A DNA stretch of 64,000 bases from Pedobacter sp. (GCA_050253415.1 JBFWJC010000001.1:96001-160000); one strand, 5' to 3'; numbered from the stretch's first letter, positions 1 to 10,730 are shown. Program-made: numbers and translations. The notes: generated by a model not told the origin, from the letters alone.

Positions 1-13
1 TCTGCTATCCGCC

Positions 14-937
14 GTGCTGATGCTGGTATCCAGCCCTGTGTCGGCCGAAACCGTCAGCCGCATTGCCGCAATTGTCAATCAGGACGTCATAACGACGGCT
101 CAACTCGACCGGGAAATCGAGCAAATGGTTTCTCCCGAAGCGATGGAGGCTGGTATCAGCCCTGTCCAGCGCGACGAACTGCGCCGCAAGGTTCTCGACA
201 AAGTGATCGAGGACACCCTGCTTCGCCAGCGCATCGAGAAACTCGGCCTGCAAGTTTCGGATGAGGACATCGAACAGGCTATCAATGATGTTCAGGCCCA
301 AAACAATATCAACCGCGAACAACTTATCGAAGCGTTGGCAGCCCAGGGCCTGACGTTTGACGTGTATCGGGAACGCCTGCGTCAGCAATTGCTCAATTTC
401 AGGCTGATCGGCAGGGAAATCCAGGGCAAGGTCGAAATCACCAATACGGAAATGCGTGATTATTACCGGGCCCACCTGGAAGACTATCGCAATGCCCCCT
501 ACATCCGCCTGAGCCGCATTACCTTCAGGCTCGCAGCAGGCAGTTCATCCGCCGAAATCGCCGACACCCGTGCCAAAGCGGAAGCAGCGCTGAGTCAATT
601 GCGCCAGGGAAAGGACTTTTTTGAGGTCCTCATGCAGAATGCCTCCACCGCCGGGGTCGATGGCGGCGACATGGGACAGATCACCGAAGGAAGTCTGAGC
701 GATAGCTTTAATCGGGCCATCGCCGATCTGACAACCGGCCAGACCTCTGGAATCATCGAAACCGCCGAGGGTTTTCATATCCTGCGGTTGGATGAACGCA
801 ATGCCGGTGAGACGCAAACCTTTGAGACCGTCAAGGATCAGATCAAAAATAAAATGCTTGAGGAAAAACGTGCTGCAGCTCTTGCCGAGTGGACCAAAGA
901 TCTCCGGGAAAGCGCCGACATAGAAATCCGCCTTTAA
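14..937 (+). CDS. surA: SurA-like periplasmic chaperone / parvulin PPIase (true start may lie at or before the window edge)
   Basis: Signal peptide end, RIAAIVNQDVIT SurA N-domain, parvulin motifs GGDMG and GFHILRL; sits upstream of pdxA as surA usually does. Confidence 0.8.
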   Translation: MLMLVSSPVSAETVSRIAAIVNQDVITTAQLDREIEQMVSPEAMEAGISPVQRDELRRKVLDKVIEDTLLRQRIEKLGLQVSDEDIEQAINDVQAQNNINREQLIEALAAQGLTFDVYRERLRQQLLNFRLIGREIQGKVEITNTEMRDYYRAHLEDYRNAPYIRLSRITFRLAAGSSSAEIADTRAKAEAALSQLRQGKDFFEVLMQNASTAGVDGGDMGQITEGSLSDSFNRAIADLTTGQTSGIIETAEGFHILRLDERNAGETQTFETVKDQIKNKMLEEKRAAALAEWTKDLRESADIEIRL

Positions 938-971
938 GCTCCGCACAGAATATTGCTCATCGGACCTTCTG

Positions 972-999
972 AACCCCGCCCCTCGAGGCGGGGTTTTTT
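972..999 (+). terminator. Rho-independent terminator
   Basis: AACCCCGCC/GGCGGGGTT stem followed by a T run. Confidence 0.8.
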
Positions 1000-1067
1000 A
1001 TAACCGTATTTACGGTTGTCGGAACCCGACTCCCGGCGTTATAATCATGGGTCACTTGGAGTCTACT

Positions 1068-2090
1068 ATGCAAAAGCCCCTAATCCTGACCATGGGCGAC
1101 CCGACCGGGGTCGGTCCCGAAATTATTGTCAAAGCCTGGCTGAACGGCGCATTCGAGAGGCTTGAAAGGCCGCTGCTGGTTGCCGGTGATACAGCGGTGC
1201 TGCAGCGGGCGGCGCGGTTGTTCCATGCCGACTGCCTGGTATGCGAAGCACCTGCCGGCGGCATGGCCAGTCACACGCTGCAAAACAAAGAGCGCAGCCT
1301 GCCAGTCCGTGCCTTGTCGAACCTGCCTGCAGAGCAACTGGCCTGGGGCCGACCGGACACCGCCTGCGGCCGGGCCATGCTGGATTACATCAACTGGGCC
1401 TGCGACCAATGCCTGGCTGGAAAAGCGGCGGCCATGGTCACCGGCCCCATCAACAAACAGGCGATACTGGCGGCGGGATGCGATGCACCCGGCCATACCG
1501 AACTGCTGGCCCGGCGCTGCGGCACCGACAAGGTGGTAATGATGCTCGGCGGGTCGCGCCTCAAGGTCTGTCTGGTGACCACCCATCTGGCGTTGAAAGA
1601 GGTTCCCGGCGCCCTGAATTGCGATGAAATCGTGGCCACTATCCGCATTGTCAACACGGCCTTTAAACGCTTTTTCGGTTGCCGCCGACCGCGCCTGGCG
1701 GTGCTGGCTCTCAACCCCCATGCCGGTGAAGGCGGCCGCTTCGGTGATGAGGAGGCCCGCATCATCGCTCCCGCCATCGCTGCAGCCCGCCAGCACGGCA
1801 TCGATGCCAGCGGACCTCACAGTGCCGACGCTCTGTTTCACTTTGCCGCCCGCGGCGACTACGATGCGGTCATCTGCATGTACCACGACCAGGGCCTGAT
1901 CCCGCTGAAGCTGTTGCATTTCGAGGATGGCGTCAATATTACCCTGGGACTGCCCATTATCCGCACATCGGTCGATCACGGCACCGCCTACGATCTGGCC
2001 GGCACCGGCCAGGCAAACAGCAGCAGCCTGGTCGCAGCCATGACCATGGCAACACACATGGCTCAAAAAGCAGTGCCTGGTGATTCGTGA
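1068..2090 (+). CDS. pdxA: 4-hydroxythreonine-4-phosphate dehydrogenase
   Basis: TMGDPTGVGPE, GHTE, LNPHAGE, MYHDQGLIPLK, RTSVDHGTA motifs. Confidence 0.95.
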   Translation: MQKPLILTMGDPTGVGPEIIVKAWLNGAFERLERPLLVAGDTAVLQRAARLFHADCLVCEAPAGGMASHTLQNKERSLPVRALSNLPAEQLAWGRPDTACGRAMLDYINWACDQCLAGKAAAMVTGPINKQAILAAGCDAPGHTELLARRCGTDKVVMMLGGSRLKVCLVTTHLALKEVPGALNCDEIVATIRIVNTAFKRFFGCRRPRLAVLALNPHAGEGGRFGDEEARIIAPAIAAARQHGIDASGPHSADALFHFAARGDYDAVICMYHDQGLIPLKLLHFEDGVNITLGLPIIRTSVDHGTAYDLAGTGQANSSSLVAAMTMATHMAQKAVPGDS

Positions 2091-2224
2091 TTGGTGACCA
2101 GTCCTGTTTTTAATCCACGCTTCGAAGCCTGTCCCTCTGCGCAGGGCCAGGGCGAGGCGATCTTTCGCGCGAAAGTAGCAAAGCACACGATTTTACCAAT
2201 CACTAATAGCCAGTCACCAATCAC
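2080..2224. repeat. Intergenic inverted-repeat element built from 7-nt units
   Basis: GTGATTGGTGAC (2087-2098) is the exact reverse complement of GTCACCAATCAC (2213-2224); extra TGATTCG/CCAATCA units; internal palindrome TTTCGCGCGAAA. Confidence 0.7.
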
Positions 2225-2251
2225 TGGTTTTTAAGGTTTCCGATCCTAATT

Positions 2252-5065
2252 ATGGCCAATAATATTGTCATCAAAGGTGCCTGCGAACATAACCTCAAGT
2301 GCATCGACATCACCATTCCCCGCGACAAACTGGTGGTGATTACCGGGGTTTCCGGTTCCGGCAAAAGCACCCTGGCTTTCGATACCCTGTATGCCGAAGG
2401 CCAGCGCCGTTACGTTGAGAGCCTGTCGGCCTACGCCCGGCAGTTTTTGGAACAGATGTCCAAGCCCGACGTGGAAAGCATCGAGGGGCTGTCTCCGGCC
2501 ATCTCCATCGAACAGAAGACCACCTCCAAAAACCCGCGTTCCACGGTCGGCACCGTCACGGAAATCTACGACTACCTGCGCCTGCTGTTCGCCCGGGTCG
2601 GACGCATCCACTGCCACGGTTGCGGCAAGGAGATCGCGTCCTGGACCATCCAGCAGATGGTCGATCGCATTATGACCATGCCGGAACAGACCAAACTGCT
2701 GTTGATGGCCCCCACGGTGCGCGGCCGCAAAGGCGAATACCGCAAAGAACTGCGCCAGTTGCAAGCCGATGGCTTCGTGCGCATCCGCATCGACGGTGAG
2801 ATGCGCGAGTTGGCCGAAGACATCTCCCTGGACAAAAACAAAAAGCACACCCTCGAGGTGGTGGTCGACCGACTGGTGATCCGCCCGGGGATCGAAAGCC
2901 GCCTGGCCGATTCGCTGGAAACCGCCTTGCGCCTGGCCGGCGGTATCGTGCGGGTCGAAGAAGTCGACGGCGAAAGCCGCCTCTTCTCGGAGCAGCATGC
3001 CTGTGCCGACTGCGGCATCTCCTACCCGGAAATCACGCCGCGAATGTTCTCCTTTAACAACCCGTATGGCGCCTGTCCCGCTTGCTCCGGACTCGGAACG
3101 CGCATGTACTTCGACCCCGAGGAAGTGGTACCCAACCCGGAATTATCCCTGCGCGAGGGCGCCGTGGTACCCTGGGAGACACGCACCGGCTTTTACTATC
3201 ACCAACTGCTGGAAGCCCTGGCCGATCACTACAAATTTGACATCAACACCCCTTTCATCCGCCTTCCGGAGCGTATTCGCCAGATCCTGCTGCACGGCTC
3301 GGGCAAAGAATCCGTGCGCTTTTTCTACGATCAGGGCGAACGCCGCCACTATTACGAAAAACCGTTTGAGGGGATTATCCCCAATCTGGAACGGCGGTTC
3401 CACGAAACCGACTCGGACCGGGTACGGGAAAACCTTGAACGCTTCATGAACGTGATGCCCTGTCCGACTTGCCAGGGCGCGCGTTTGCGCCCGGAGTCGC
3501 TGTTTATCCGGATTGGCGGCAGCAACATCCAGGAGGTGTGCGCTCTCTCCATCCATGAAGCGGAACTCTTCTTTGAAACCCTGCGCCTTTCGGATAAGGA
3601 ATTCGAGATCGGCCGCCGGATTCTGAAAGAGATCCGCGAACGGCTGTCGTTTCTGTCCTATGTGGGCCTCGACTATCTGAGCCTGGATCGGGCCTCGGGG
3701 ACCCTGTCGGGGGGCGAGGGGCAGCGCATCCGTCTCGCTACCCAGGTCGGCTCCTCCCTGGTGGGGGTACTGTATATCCTCGACGAACCGTCCATCGGCC
3801 TGCATCAGCGGGACAATCGCCGGCTGCTCGATACTCTCAAGCGCTTGCGGGATCTGGGCAACACAGTACTGGTGGTGGAACACGACGAGGAGACCATCCT
3901 CGAAGCCGACTATGTCATCGACATGGGCCCCGGTGCCGGTGTGCACGGGGGCGAGGTGGTATCGCAGGGCACCCCGCAGGAGATTCTCGCCGATCCGGCC
4001 TCCCTCACCGGCTCCTATCTCTCCGGTGTGCTGACCATCCCGCTACCGGCCGAGCGGCGCGCCAGCGACCGCTACCTGGAAATTATCGGTGCGCAGGAAA
4101 ATAACCTCAAAAACGTTAACGCCGCCATCCCTCTGGGCGTCATGACCTGCGTCACCGGCGTATCGGGATCGGGCAAATCGACCCTGATCATCGACACCCT
4201 GTTCAAAGCTCTCTCCCAGCGACTGTATCGTTCGCGGGACAAAGCCGGCAAGGTCGACGATATCCGTGGTCTGGAGCACCTGGACAAGGTCATCGACATC
4301 GATCAATCGCCTATCGGTCGCACGCCACGCTCCAACCCGGCTACCTACAGCGGCGTTTTCACCGATATCCGCGACCTGTTCGCCCAGTTGCCGGAAGCCA
4401 AACTGCGCGGTTACAAACCGGGGCGGTTCTCCTTTAACGTCAAGGGTGGTCGCTGTGAAGCCTGTCAGGGCGAAGGCATCCTCAAGATCGAGATGCACTT
4501 CCTGCCGGATGTCTATGTGCAGTGCGAAGTCTGCAAAGGCGCGCGCTACAACCGTGAAACCCTCGAAGTACGCTACAAAAGCATGAATATCGCCGAGGTG
4601 CTGGACATGACCGTCAACCAGGCGATCCCTTTCATGGAGAACATTCCGCGCATCCGCAACAAGCTGGAAATGCTGCGCGACGTGGGCCTCGGCTATATCA
4701 AGCTGGGCCAGAGCGCCACCACCCTCTCGGGTGGCGAAGCCCAGCGCGTCAAGCTGGCCAAGGAACTCGGCAAGCGGGGCACCGGACGGACGATTTACAT
4801 CCTCGACGAACCGACCACCGGTCTGCACTTCGCCGATATTCATAAACTGCTCGATGTGCTGCATCGCCTGGTCGACGCCGGCAATACGGTGGTTATCATC
4901 GAGCACAACCTCGATGTCATCAAAACCGCCGACCATATCATTGACCTGGGACCGGAAGGCGGTAGCCGCGGCGGTGAAATTCTCGCCAGCGGCACCCCCG
5001 AAGAGGTGGCACGCTGCTCCCGCTCCCACACTGGACGCTACTTGCGTTCCTATCTTAACCTGTAG
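2252..5065 (+). CDS. uvrA: Excinuclease ABC subunit A
   Basis: Two GVSGSGKS Walker A motifs, two LSGGE signatures, zinc fingers, 937 aa. Confidence 0.98.
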   Translation: MANNIVIKGACEHNLKCIDITIPRDKLVVITGVSGSGKSTLAFDTLYAEGQRRYVESLSAYARQFLEQMSKPDVESIEGLSPAISIEQKTTSKNPRSTVGTVTEIYDYLRLLFARVGRIHCHGCGKEIASWTIQQMVDRIMTMPEQTKLLLMAPTVRGRKGEYRKELRQLQADGFVRIRIDGEMRELAEDISLDKNKKHTLEVVVDRLVIRPGIESRLADSLETALRLAGGIVRVEEVDGESRLFSEQHACADCGISYPEITPRMFSFNNPYGACPACSGLGTRMYFDPEEVVPNPELSLREGAVVPWETRTGFYYHQLLEALADHYKFDINTPFIRLPERIRQILLHGSGKESVRFFYDQGERRHYYEKPFEGIIPNLERRFHETDSDRVRENLERFMNVMPCPTCQGARLRPESLFIRIGGSNIQEVCALSIHEAELFFETLRLSDKEFEIGRRILKEIRERLSFLSYVGLDYLSLDRASGTLSGGEGQRIRLATQVGSSLVGVLYILDEPSIGLHQRDNRRLLDTLKRLRDLGNTVLVVEHDEETILEADYVIDMGPGAGVHGGEVVSQGTPQEILADPASLTGSYLSGVLTIPLPAERRASDRYLEIIGAQENNLKNVNAAIPLGVMTCVTGVSGSGKSTLIIDTLFKALSQRLYRSRDKAGKVDDIRGLEHLDKVIDIDQSPIGRTPRSNPATYSGVFTDIRDLFAQLPEAKLRGYKPGRFSFNVKGGRCEACQGEGILKIEMHFLPDVYVQCEVCKGARYNRETLEVRYKSMNIAEVLDMTVNQAIPFMENIPRIRNKLEMLRDVGLGYIKLGQSATTLSGGEAQRVKLAKELGKRGTGRTIYILDEPTTGLHFADIHKLLDVLHRLVDAGNTVVIIEHNLDVIKTADHIIDLGPEGGSRGGEILASGTPEEVARCSRSHTGRYLRSYLNL

Positions 5066-5127
5066 GAGACTGCCGCCCCGGAGCAAAACCAGCGCCGGTA
5101 TTGCCACGAACTCAAGGACTTGTCTTC

Positions 5128-6501
5128 ATGAAACGATCGCCACTTCAACCCAAGCACCTGGATCCGGGCTGGGCCCTTATCCTTTACTATGGCGCTGCCA
5201 TCCTGATCGGGGGCGCCCTGCTGACCCTGCCCTTTGCCGCCCAGGGTGAGCCGCTGTCGTTTATCGACGCTCTGTTCACCGCCACCTCGGCCCAGTGCGT
5301 TACCGGCCTGATCGTGGTCGACACCGGCACCAAGTTAACCCTTTTCGGCCAGGGGGTGGTCCTGCTGCTGATCCAGATCGGCGGATTGGGTATCACCACC
5401 TTCTCCGTCTACCTGTTTTTTTATCTGGGCAAGGGGGTAGGCATCCGAGACCGATGGGTGATCCAGGAGACGCTGCTGCATACCCCGGTCGACTCCCTGC
5501 GCGATCTGGTGCACAGTATTTTCAAGTACACCCTGGTTATCGAAGGGATCGGATCTGTCATTCTGGCTATCGCCTTCGTACCGAAGATGGGCTGGGCCAA
5601 AGGGATTTACAGTGCTGTTTTTCACAGTATTTCGGCTTTCTGCAATGCCGGGTTTTCGCTGTATCCCGACAGCATGATTGGCTATAGTGCGGACCCGCTG
5701 GTCAATGTGACCATCATGGCGCTGATCATCCTCGGCGGTATCGGATTTCTGGTCATCAAGGAGGTCTTTGATCTCAGTCAGGAACATAACCGGCGCCGGC
5801 GCCGCCGGCTATCGCTGCATTCGAGACTGGTTTTCATGACCACCGCCATTTTGATCATCGGCGGAGCGCTACTCATCGGACTGCTTGAGGCGCCTTCGGC
5901 TTTCGCATCCATGCATATGGGCGAAAGCATATGGGTCAGCCTGTTTCAGTCCGTTACGGCACGCACCGCTGGTTTCAACTCCATCGACCTCAACCTTTTC
6001 GAGGTGCCGACGTTGTTTGTGATGATGTTTCTGATGTTCGTCGGTGCATCACCTGGCTCTTGCGGTGGCGGGATTAAGACCACCAGTCTGGCGCTGTTTG
6101 TAGCCATCATGCACAGCCGCCTGAAAGGCAATCCGCACACCAACGTATTTCGTCGCACCCTGCCCGAAGCGGCCGTTACCAAAACCCTTACGCTGGTCAT
6201 GACCGCCTTGCTGTTCCTGGCACTGGCAATTTTCATCCTGCTGGCCGTGCAACTGCAGGGGATGCCGGCCATCGCCAGCCGCGGGGTATTTCTGGAATAC
6301 ACATTTGAAGCCGTGTCGGCCTTTGCCACCGTCGGTCTGTCCCTCGGTGCCACGGCCAAACTGGTGCCGGCCGGCAAGCTGATCGTCATCATTCTGATGT
6401 TCATTGGCCGTGTCGGTCTGCTCACCGTAGCGTTCACCATGATCCGCCGGTCACGCGAAGGCGCCGTCCACTATGCCGAAGAAAACATCATGATCGGTTG
6501 A
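5128..6501 (+). CDS. ktrB: KtrB/TrkH-family K+ uptake membrane subunit
   Basis: Four pore motifs SAQCVTGL, SAFCNAGF, TARTAGF, SAFATVGL; GGGIKTT; MFIGRVG. Confidence 0.9.
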   Translation: MKRSPLQPKHLDPGWALILYYGAAILIGGALLTLPFAAQGEPLSFIDALFTATSAQCVTGLIVVDTGTKLTLFGQGVVLLLIQIGGLGITTFSVYLFFYLGKGVGIRDRWVIQETLLHTPVDSLRDLVHSIFKYTLVIEGIGSVILAIAFVPKMGWAKGIYSAVFHSISAFCNAGFSLYPDSMIGYSADPLVNVTIMALIILGGIGFLVIKEVFDLSQEHNRRRRRRLSLHSRLVFMTTAILIIGGALLIGLLEAPSAFASMHMGESIWVSLFQSVTARTAGFNSIDLNLFEVPTLFVMMFLMFVGASPGSCGGGIKTTSLALFVAIMHSRLKGNPHTNVFRRTLPEAAVTKTLTLVMTALLFLALAIFILLAVQLQGMPAIASRGVFLEYTFEAVSAFATVGLSLGATAKLVPAGKLIVIILMFIGRVGLLTVAFTMIRRSREGAVHYAEENIMIG

Positions 6502-6532
6502 CCACTGTTCAACTGCCCGGGAGATTTTTACC

Positions 6533-7189
6533 ATGAAACGATTTTGCGTCATCGGGTTGGGAAATTTTGGCTTTCACGTCGCTAAAACCCTTTACGAAGA
6601 AGGGCATGAAGTGATCGCTATCGATCTCAACCAGGACAAGGTTCAACGTATTAAAAACTCATCCTCCTACGCCATTTTCGGGGATGCCTCCAACAAGGAA
6701 TTTCTCAAGGGGCAGGGGGTCGGGGAAATGGATGCGGTGGTCGTTTCCACCGGCGAACGCTCGCACCTTTCGACCCTGATCACCCTGCATCTGAGGGAGA
6801 TGAACGTTCCGAGGATTCTGGTCAAGGCCATCGACGAGGATCACGGCCGCATTCTGGAAAAGATCGGTGCCACCGATATCATTTTCCCCGAAAAGGATAT
6901 GGCAATTAAAACCGCCAAGGGACTATGCTCGTCCAATATCCTGGAATTCATCCCCGTCGCCGAGGACTACTCCATCACCGAGGTGGCGCCACCCAACCAT
7001 TTCATGGGTAAAAACCTCATCGACCTCGATTTGCGGCGTAAATTCCATGTCACCGTTATCGGCATCCGCGACATGCTCACCGGGGATTTCAACACTCTTC
7101 CCTCGCCAACCCACGTCATCAAAGACAGCGACCTGCTGGTGCTGATCGGCAAGGCCGAGGATGTGGAGAAAGCCTGTCAACCCAAGTAA
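6533..7189 (+). CDS. ktrA: KtrA/TrkA-family RCK regulatory subunit
   Basis: VIGLGNFG Rossmann motif, IFPEKDMA, C-terminal TrkA-C domain; follows the membrane subunit. Confidence 0.9.
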   Translation: MKRFCVIGLGNFGFHVAKTLYEEGHEVIAIDLNQDKVQRIKNSSSYAIFGDASNKEFLKGQGVGEMDAVVVSTGERSHLSTLITLHLREMNVPRILVKAIDEDHGRILEKIGATDIIFPEKDMAIKTAKGLCSSNILEFIPVAEDYSITEVAPPNHFMGKNLIDLDLRRKFHVTVIGIRDMLTGDFNTLPSPTHVIKDSDLLVLIGKAEDVEKACQPK

Positions 7190-7361
7190 CGTGCAAACAG
7201 AAACGACTCTCTTTTCCGCAAGCTTTCACGGGTTGCCCATCCGGGATCATCGGGAGGGACGCCAGGCAACACCGAGGTTGACAGGTCCGACATTTTTTAT
7301 AAGAATAGTGGCATTATTGTTTGTTATTCATTCCCCCACATACTAGAGGAGACTCACCGAC

Positions 7362-7871
7362 ATGTCCGATCTGAGCGGCACCAAAACCGAACAGGACCTT
7401 CTGGAAGCTTTTGCCGGAGAATCCCAAGCTAATCGCAAATATCTGGCGTTTGCAGAGCAAGCTGACAAGGAAGGCCATCCCCAGGTCGCTAAATTGTTCC
7501 GTGCGGCTGCAGCGGCGGAAACCGTGCATGCCCACGCCCATCTGCGCGCACTGGGTGGCGTAGCCTCCACCCTTGACAACCTCAAGGAAGCCGTCGGCGG
7601 TGAAACCCACGAATTCAAAGAAATGTATCCGCCCATGATCGAGGAAGCCAAAGCCAAGGGTTTCAAGGCCGCTGAACGCACCCTCTCCTACGCCAACGAA
7701 GTTGAGAAGGTGCATGCCGAGCTGTACGAAAAAGCCCTGGCCAACCTCGGCAAGAACGAAGCCTGTGAATACTGGGTCTGCAAGGTCTGCGGCAACACCC
7801 TCGAAGCAGAACCCCAGGAACCCTGCACGGTCTGCAAAGCCGCCAAAATGGCCTTTTTCAAAGTCGACTGA
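7362..7871 (+). CDS. rbr: Rubrerythrin
   Basis: AFAGESQANRKY, ETVHA, EKVHA di-iron motifs; C-terminal CKVC...CTVC rubredoxin-like site; GAGGAG RBS. Confidence 0.92.
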   Translation: MSDLSGTKTEQDLLEAFAGESQANRKYLAFAEQADKEGHPQVAKLFRAAAAAETVHAHAHLRALGGVASTLDNLKEAVGGETHEFKEMYPPMIEEAKAKGFKAAERTLSYANEVEKVHAELYEKALANLGKNEACEYWVCKVCGNTLEAEPQEPCTVCKAAKMAFFKVD

Positions 7872-7973
7872 GTTTTTCCTGCAAAGCATGATATCATCGG
7901 GTGATCTGCTTTAAGCGGGTCACCCGATATTTATTTGAACCGGCGACAGCCGATCCTTCAAAAGAGATTGTCC

Positions 7974-8306
7974 ATGGAAAAATGCCCTGTCTGTAAGGAA
8001 GAAAAAAAAGGCAAGTACTGGTGCAGCGCCTGCAAGACCGTGTTCGTTTGCCCGCTGCCAGGCTGCGGTGCCACCATCAGCAACCACGATGCCGAGGAAT
8101 GCCCGCGCTGCGGCCTGCTGTTTGCCGACTATGTCAATCAGCGTAAAATGTACCGCCAATGCCCCAAGTGCAAAAAGAAACAGGGGCTGAATGAGCAACA
8201 GTGCCGACACTGCAAGTTCTGGTTCAACTGTCCCTCCTGCGGACATAAAGTAACATCCACCAGCGCCCTGACCTGCCCACGTTGCGGCACCAATCTGCGC
8301 CGCTGA
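7974..8306 (+). CDS. Cys-rich multi zinc-ribbon protein
   Basis: 110 aa with eight Cys pairs (CPVC, CSAC, CPLPGC, CPRC, CPKC, CRHC, CPSC, CPRC). Confidence 0.75.
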   Translation: MEKCPVCKEEKKGKYWCSACKTVFVCPLPGCGATISNHDAEECPRCGLLFADYVNQRKMYRQCPKCKKKQGLNEQQCRHCKFWFNCPSCGHKVTSTSALTCPRCGTNLRR

Positions 8307-8328
8307 TCACACCATTCCATTCTTTTGC

Positions 8329-8356
8329 AGGCGGCCGTCCAGGCCGCCTTGTTTTC
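8329..8356 (+). terminator. Rho-independent terminator
   Basis: AGGCGGCC/GGCCGCCT stem then TGTTTT. Confidence 0.65.
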
Positions 8357-8698
8357 TTCCCGCCTCATATCAACCGCCATTGACATCTTGTCTGGATGGG
8401 CTAGAAATAATCAAGAGTTCGTTGGTCCCAACGCATGGCAAAGCGAACAACCCCATCCTGACAACCAAAACTCCTCTACTGGACCGTGCAGGGACGCAGT
8501 GAACTGTTCTTCAAAACGGAATCCTGCTGAGGAAACCGGACCTGCAGCACCGGACTTCCTTGATCAAGCACGTCAGCGGCCCAGACCTTAATCACAACTT
8601 TCGACATAAGGTACGACAAATCATCCCGCAATCCGATCTACCGACGGAACAGATGGCATAAAGTCCGAGCAATTCTTTCTTCACTCAAGGATGAAGCC

Positions 8699-9928
8699 AT
8701 GAAGGGTAAACATGTCTATATCGAAAAGGGTGGCTGTATCCGCCGCCAACTCGACTTGGAAACGATCCAGACCTACCTGCAGGCCAATGGTTACGAACTG
8801 GTGGACCATCCCCGCAAAGCAGGTTGCATTCTGGTCAGCACTTGTGCTTTCAAAAAAAAAGAGGAGGACCGTTCCTACCAACGGCTAAGGACTCTGCAAG
8901 CTTATCCGGCCCGCATATTGGCACTGGGGTGCTTACCGGACATTGCCCCGGAACGCTTCGAAAGCCTCGGAAACATAGGCAAGATCGCCCCCAAAGAGTT
9001 ACGCGCCATCGACGATTTTTTCGTCCATGATAAGCTGTCCTTCACCGATATCGCCGACAGCCCTGTTTTGACGGGAAATGAAGGAGGGCTTGTAAGCTCC
9101 TTAAAAAAGAGCGCGTATAACAGCTGGAATATCCGCAACAGCCTGGCTACGGACGATTTGGCCATGGCCTGGGAAAGACTGAAACAGCGCCTAAAAAACG
9201 CCGACAAGAAATATCACTTGTTCGTCTGTCGCGGTTGCCAGGGTCTGTGCAGTTACTGCGCGGTTCGACGGGCGATCGGTCCGATACGCAGCAAACCGAT
9301 TGCGCAGGTAGTAGAGCAGTTGCGGGAGGGTTATCAAAAAGGCTTCCGCCATTTCCCCATTCTGGGGGATGACCCGGGTTGTTACGGGCTCGATATCGGC
9401 ACTGACTTCCCGAGCTTACTGGGCCAATTACTCACCGAGGCTTCTCGTCTTGGCATCCGACACGGACAGTCTCCAGTATTTCATATTCATGACATCCATC
9501 CCAAATTCGTTATTCGCTATCAGGACGAACTCGCTCGATTATCCGCAGCCCGCGCCTGCCAAAGTATTCTGTTGCCGCTTCAGTCGGGAAGCGATCGCAT
9601 ACTGCAACTGATGGAGCGTGAGCATACCGTTTCAGACCTGGTGGCAGCGGTTCAGGCCATGCGCAAAGCCCGTCCTGACCTGGAACTGACCACGCAGATC
9701 ATTGTCGGTTTCCCCAGCGAAACAGAAGAGGATTTTCGCGCTTCGTTGCGGGCCGTACACAATGCGCAGTATTCCACGGTTGTGGTCTTCCCCTATCATG
9801 ATAAAACCGGGACGAAAGCTGCCGAACTACTACCCAAAACTCCGGAAAAAATTATCCGGCAGCGGAAAAAAGCCGCCTTCCAGTTTTTTCGGGACCACGG
9901 TATCAAGGCGTATCCAAACTGCCCTTGA
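8699..9928 (+). CDS. MiaB/RimO-like methylthiotransferase-family radical SAM protein lacking the TRAM domain
   Basis: N-terminal Cys triad (GGC, STCAF, LGCLP), CQGLCSYC radical SAM motif, LQSGSDRIL, IIVGFPSETEEDF; ends right after the SAM barrel. Confidence 0.8.
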   Translation: MKGKHVYIEKGGCIRRQLDLETIQTYLQANGYELVDHPRKAGCILVSTCAFKKKEEDRSYQRLRTLQAYPARILALGCLPDIAPERFESLGNIGKIAPKELRAIDDFFVHDKLSFTDIADSPVLTGNEGGLVSSLKKSAYNSWNIRNSLATDDLAMAWERLKQRLKNADKKYHLFVCRGCQGLCSYCAVRRAIGPIRSKPIAQVVEQLREGYQKGFRHFPILGDDPGCYGLDIGTDFPSLLGQLLTEASRLGIRHGQSPVFHIHDIHPKFVIRYQDELARLSAARACQSILLPLQSGSDRILQLMEREHTVSDLVAAVQAMRKARPDLELTTQIIVGFPSETEEDFRASLRAVHNAQYSTVVVFPYHDKTGTKAAELLPKTPEKIIRQRKKAAFQFFRDHGIKAYPNCP

Positions 9929-9935
9929 AAAATAA

Positions 9936-9969
9936 AAAGCCGGGCTGTCCATGTTAACAGCCCGGCTTT
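9936..9969. terminator. Bidirectional terminator
   Basis: AAAGCCGGGCTGT/ACAGCCCGGCTTT stem between convergent genes. Confidence 0.8.
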
Positions 9970-9989
9970 GATTCGCATGGAACCCTCCA

Positions 9990-10565
9990 CTATTTGTCGA
10001 AAGGCCACCACCACCGCTTTTTGCCGCTTGCGGCTTCATCGGGGACCTGTTCACCCTTGCCGTTACCGGTCATTTTTCTTTCTTTTGCTTCATCTTTGGT
10101 CTTATCCATAACACGATCACGGTCGCGATCCCGATCCATGTCACCGCGCATGTCATCGGCAGCGCCTTTGGCTTTTTCTTTCTCTTTCATCTTTTCCTTC
10201 GGCTCGGCCATGTCGTGCATCCGCTCGCGATCCATGTCGCGATCTCTATCGCGGTCATATTTTTCCTTCGCGTCGTCCCCTTTGGCCTTGGCCTTCTCTT
10301 TCATCTTTTCTTTTTGCATGTTCATGTCATGCTCGCCACTGCGGGCATGTTCCCCGGCCTGCTCGGCGCGACGCTGCTCGGCCCGCTCCAGGGCGCGGGT
10401 GGCATCTTCGTCGGACTGCTTATTGGAAGGGGACATATCCCAACCGGCACCACCGCCTTGTCCGTCGCCACCGCCACCACCACCGCCGCGGCCGGCCCAC
10501 GCCGGTGCGGCCATAATCGCAACCAGGCCTGCTATCAGTGCTATCTGCCCTAAACGCTTGCGCAT
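9990..10565 (-). CDS. Secreted low-complexity charged protein
   Basis: Signal peptide ending AWA, AGGAGG RBS, Gly run, KEKMKEK/DRDRDRD repeats. Confidence 0.7.
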   Translation of the reverse strand: MRKRLGQIALIAGLVAIMAAPAWAGRGGGGGGGDGQGGGAGWDMSPSNKQSDEDATRALERAEQRRAEQAGEHARSGEHDMNMQKEKMKEKAKAKGDDAKEKYDRDRDRDMDRERMHDMAEPKEKMKEKEKAKGAADDMRGDMDRDRDRDRVMDKTKDEAKERKMTGNGKGEQVPDEAASGKKRWWWPFDK

Positions 10566-10730
10566 CACAAACCTCCTTTGCTGTTAACAAACATGAACTT
10601 TTAATAATTGTAAGGCCATCATCCCGTCTGCGCAACCAGGGAATTTATAACTGCCGAGAGAAAGCATCTCTGTTATAATCGCCACCGTTCACCCCGCACG
10701 GTGCCACATCAAGACTGAAAAGAGTTGCCC

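Noticed and set aside
2090..2252. LexA box upstream of uvrA
   Set aside because: No match to CTGT-N8-ACAG or GGTT-N2-C-N4-G-N3-ACC found by eye
8325..8591. RiPP precursor peptide upstream of the radical SAM gene
   Set aside because: The ORF starts inside a terminator with no RBS, and the enzyme is methylthiotransferase-type, not SPASM-type
8410..8698. CsrA-type GGA-rich leader
   Set aside because: GGA density is not clearly above what base composition would give
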